DNA from: Paraspadella gotoi
Taxonomy: Eukaryota; Animalia; Chaetognatha
Length of the DNA: 64,000 nucleotides
Assembly (NCBI GenBank): GCA_051294375.1
Contig: JBJCIZ010000028.1
Span: 1,239,576 to 1,303,575, forward strand
Direction: 5' to 3'
Made by a program: the position numbers and the translations under genes. This document shows, piece by piece, positions 60,790 to 64,000 of this stretch (the first letter of the stretch is position 1; each line of letters begins with the position of its first letter). The notes below the pieces were generated by a model. The model made no database searches. It was not told the DNA's origin and saw nothing but the letters and a program-made list of their open reading frames with translations.

Positions 60790-63673
60790 TCATCGATTCT
60801 CGATGAATATTCATTTCTATTTACTTTAATTATTGTAACCTACATAGTAAACTAGTATATAATACAACACGACTTGACATTCTCATACCAGGGATTTTAA
60901 TATTTATAAACCCTTTTTACTATAACATAGTAATTATAACGTACACTATTTTAATACAATCGCAACCTGGGCAAGTGGACGCGTGACGAAAGAGACGCCA
61001 ATCAACGACGACAGAATCGATCTCGTTCGCCAAATCGTTGGATGTAAAAGGAAGAGCGAAGTCGACGCCCGATTGGTCAGCGTCGGAATTCGATCGGCCA
61101 ATCGGATCCACGATCTCAAAATCCTTTTCCACTTCCTCTTTCTTTTCTTCGACGGCGATTGGCTTCTTGTGCGGCCCCCAGTCGCCCGTCGAGACGGCCT
61201 CCTCCTCTTCCTCTCCTCCGCCGGCGCCGTCGACCAACGCCATGCCGCCGATGTCGACGCCGCCGCCGTCGACGCCGGCCGCGAAACCGACGCCGTTCCG
61301 TTCCGAGCGCCGGCGTCGGGATTTAAGCAGGGCGCCCCTCAGTTGGGAGATCCTGGAACTGAGATGGCGAGCGTGATCCTGCATCGAAGTCACGTGATCC
61401 TTGACGGCGCCGACGATCGATTCCACTCGATCGCAAGGATGAAGTCCAGAGTCGAATCGGTTGTACATTCCGACCCAGAGTTGCATCGCCTTTAATTAAT
61501 TCAAAGGGGGAACACAAAGTCACGATGTTCTTTTTTAAAAAATAAAATTAATACAAATTTAATGAATATATATATATATATATTATATATTATATATTCA
61601 CTTGAGAACTGGTGTCGGGAAACAAGAGGCTCGAGGCGGACTTGTTCGATTCCTCCGATTCCTTGTAGAATGGATTGTATAAAGAGTCCGTGTGTCTGTG
61701 CGAGTGAATGTATCCCCAGAAGGAATACGTACGGATCGTGAGGGCTTCCTCTCGGCGCTTGAGGAAGGAGGAAAGGAGAATGTTAAACAATAGTTTAATT
61801 CTCAATATGCATTTCATTCATTAAGAGTAGATTCCTATCTCAATAATATCTCATTCCATATTTCTGCCGCCGACCTGTCGCTCGCAATTTCCGAGAAATG
61901 TTCCGAATTGACAAGAATAGACGTGATCGTGAAGGAGGAGAAGGAATTTCTCGTTGAACTCAAAGGCTTGAGGGAATTGGGTTTGCATTTGGAAAAGACA
62001 ATCCAGGAATTGAGTGAAGACCGGGGAGACCTGGAGACGGAAAGAAAAGGCTTTAATCTCATTTGCATTTTATCGTATTTGTATATTTATTAAAATATTT
62101 ACATTTACACATACAAGTAAGAGCAAGAAAACCAGAACCAGAAATACCATTCTAAAACGACCGGAATCACAACCACGACGCCGACAACATCAACAACAAT
62201 AACATCAATGGTAACAACAACAATTAAGGCACCTCCTTGGACTCGACGGATCCTAACAGATGCCCGCATCTGTCGTTGAATTTGTGGCCAAAGGAGAGCC
62301 AGTCCTTCTCGATGAGAGCCTCGATGCCGCGAATGGTTCGGTAGTGAGGATCGAGCATCACTTGGGCCAAGGAACAAGTCTGGGCCGTTCGATCCCAACC
62401 GTCTTTTGAGTCGTTGAGGGGGGAAAAACAAATTTCATGTTTTTTTGTCATTATTACTTCTAGACATTATTACTCCTTAAAATATAGGGAACTATGGCAA
62501 CGGGAGGATAGCCTGTGATACCCGGGGCGCGGGGTATCTCACCAACTGGCGTAGGGGCTGCGGACCCTCAGTGACCGCCTCCTGTCACTGGCATGTTTAT
62601 ACCGGCACCGTCACATTTTAAGCCAGAACCGGGATACCCAGGGATTGAACCCGGGACGCACGGATGGAATGAGATGATTTAGCCTGCTCAGCCATTGAGA
62701 CGAGGCTGAGGACGGACAGCAGTGAGGCAGCTTTAAGTCTTGCTGCCACAGAACAATTAAATAAAGTGTTAAACGGTAATAAGCATTGAGAAAAAATAAT
62801 AAGTAATAATATTTTTTTTCAGAAAATTCACTAAAACGAAGTGTTACAAATTTAACAAAATCTTTCGCGATATTTGTTTACCATACCCGCCCACATTTGG
62901 CACACACGACCACTCACTACCCACACGACCACACACTACCCACACCCGCCTTAACCTGAGCAGTGGACGAGAACGGAGACCCGCTCGACGGCGACGGCGC
63001 GGGCGATGAAGGCCGACGTCTTGAGGATGGCCTGGATGTGTTTGAGCCAACCCGTAGAATCCACGCCCGACAAATAACCCGACATCGTCGGCTGGAGAGA
63101 CTCCAGCTGCTCCAGAAGCTTTTGAAGACTGGAGCGCATGACGTGGATGTTCTCCACACCTGTGGATGAAAAGGGAAAAGAAAAATGATGGAATAAGAAA
63201 ACGTGTAAGTGGTAAAATAAAATTAAGATTAATGAAATTAATATTACCAATAGGCTATAGTATAAAATATATTCATTCGATATATGTAGGCTCTCTAGCC
63301 TCGATTTGGGTAAAAGCCTATGTTCCTCCCTTTAATCTCATGTGATAAAATGGTAACTGTAATGAACTGTTATGAACTGACCGGAGAACTTAAACTTGAT
63401 ATCCCTATAATTGTCTTCGCTCTCGTATCCTTTCCCCGACGCCCGATTCGCCATCGCGTTGATCTTGGGTCTCGTGTCCACGACGTACATAAACTTGGAG
63501 TCAGGATTCGCCCGCAGGATGATCTGCAGCAGCGTCTCATCCTCGACGCTGCGTTTCTGGAATCCTGACAGCGGCTGGCTGCTGCGGCAGATGGCGGACG
63601 CGGCGTCGCTGTGGAGGTAGGTCAGGACGGGGAGTCGACCTTTGGATCTGGAGTTGAGAAGGATATGGGGAAT

Positions 63674-63753
<80 letters not shown>

Positions 63754-64000
63754 TCACACCTGAAACCGGCGCTGCCGGCGAGGATGCTTCCGGCGGCGGA
63801 GGTAGGGACGAAAAGGTGGCGCGGGTAAGTGGGAGTCAGTTCGTAATTGTAGTTGATGTCTGCATCGGGAGATGGCGCTTATTATAAATATCTATTATTA
63901 TCCCGACAAATTTATTGAATTCCTCACCGCTGAGTTTCCAGAACTCGTTGGGCACTCCCATCCGCTCATACTCGGATCGAAGATCGAAGAAGTCCCACCC
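60542..64000 (-). CDS. MTMR6: Myotubularin-related phosphatase (MTMR6/7/8 group) with a C-terminal FYVE-like finger; 5' end outside the window
   Basis: [54 protein letters not shown], catalytic VLVHCS|[28 protein letters not shown] and the Cys-rich [12 protein letters not shown]...VCKPC. Confidence 0.9.
62493..62750 (-). mobile_element. Solo LTR-like tRNA-twister element (subfamily C) in an MTMR intron
   Basis: TGTGGC...GTTGCCATA with a perfect GAAC/GAAC TSD. A-box TGGCTGAGCAGG and B-box GGTTCAATCC. Confidence 0.88.
62546..62626 (-). ncRNA. Type-P5 twister ribozyme; predicted cleavage 62599^62598
   Basis: P5 CTGGC/GCCAG; P2 ATGT/ACAT; L1 GACGG; P1 TG-CCGG-TA; T^AA; GC; P3 CAGTGAC/GTCACTG; P4 AGGG/CCCT with loop TCCGCAGC. 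Confidence 0.85.

Overview
This is animal (invertebrate-like) nuclear DNA with GC-rich exons, AT-rich introns full of (AG)n and other microsatellites, and several N gaps. The recognisable genes are all on the minus strand: USP48-like (5' part), UMAD1-like, EEIG/FAM102, MRPL47, a secreted fibrinogen-domain protein, INTS10, NDST, TBC1D25 and MTMR6/7/8-like (3' part). There are also an unknown 2-exon gene, an intronless TPR/beta-helix-like ORF, and a probable nested plus-strand Pro-rich gene inside an NDST intron. The most striking signal is a diverse family of ~235-260 bp elements, most with 4-bp target-site duplications. They share one layout: 5' hairpin, tRNA-like A/B-box module, circularly permuted (type-P5) twister ribozyme, and usually a 3' hairpin. 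The twister fold is supported by covariation across four subfamilies. One copy is a complete LTR-internal-LTR unit with a PBS-like TGG, so it looks like a tRNA-headed, twister-based LTR retrozyme predicted to release a ~485-nt RNA. Next to it is a Penelope-type element with two inverted minimal hammerheads. About 24.98-35.5 kb and 41.5-41.9 kb contain noisy duplicated sequence that looks like assembly artefact. All gene names come from recalled family motifs, not database searches.
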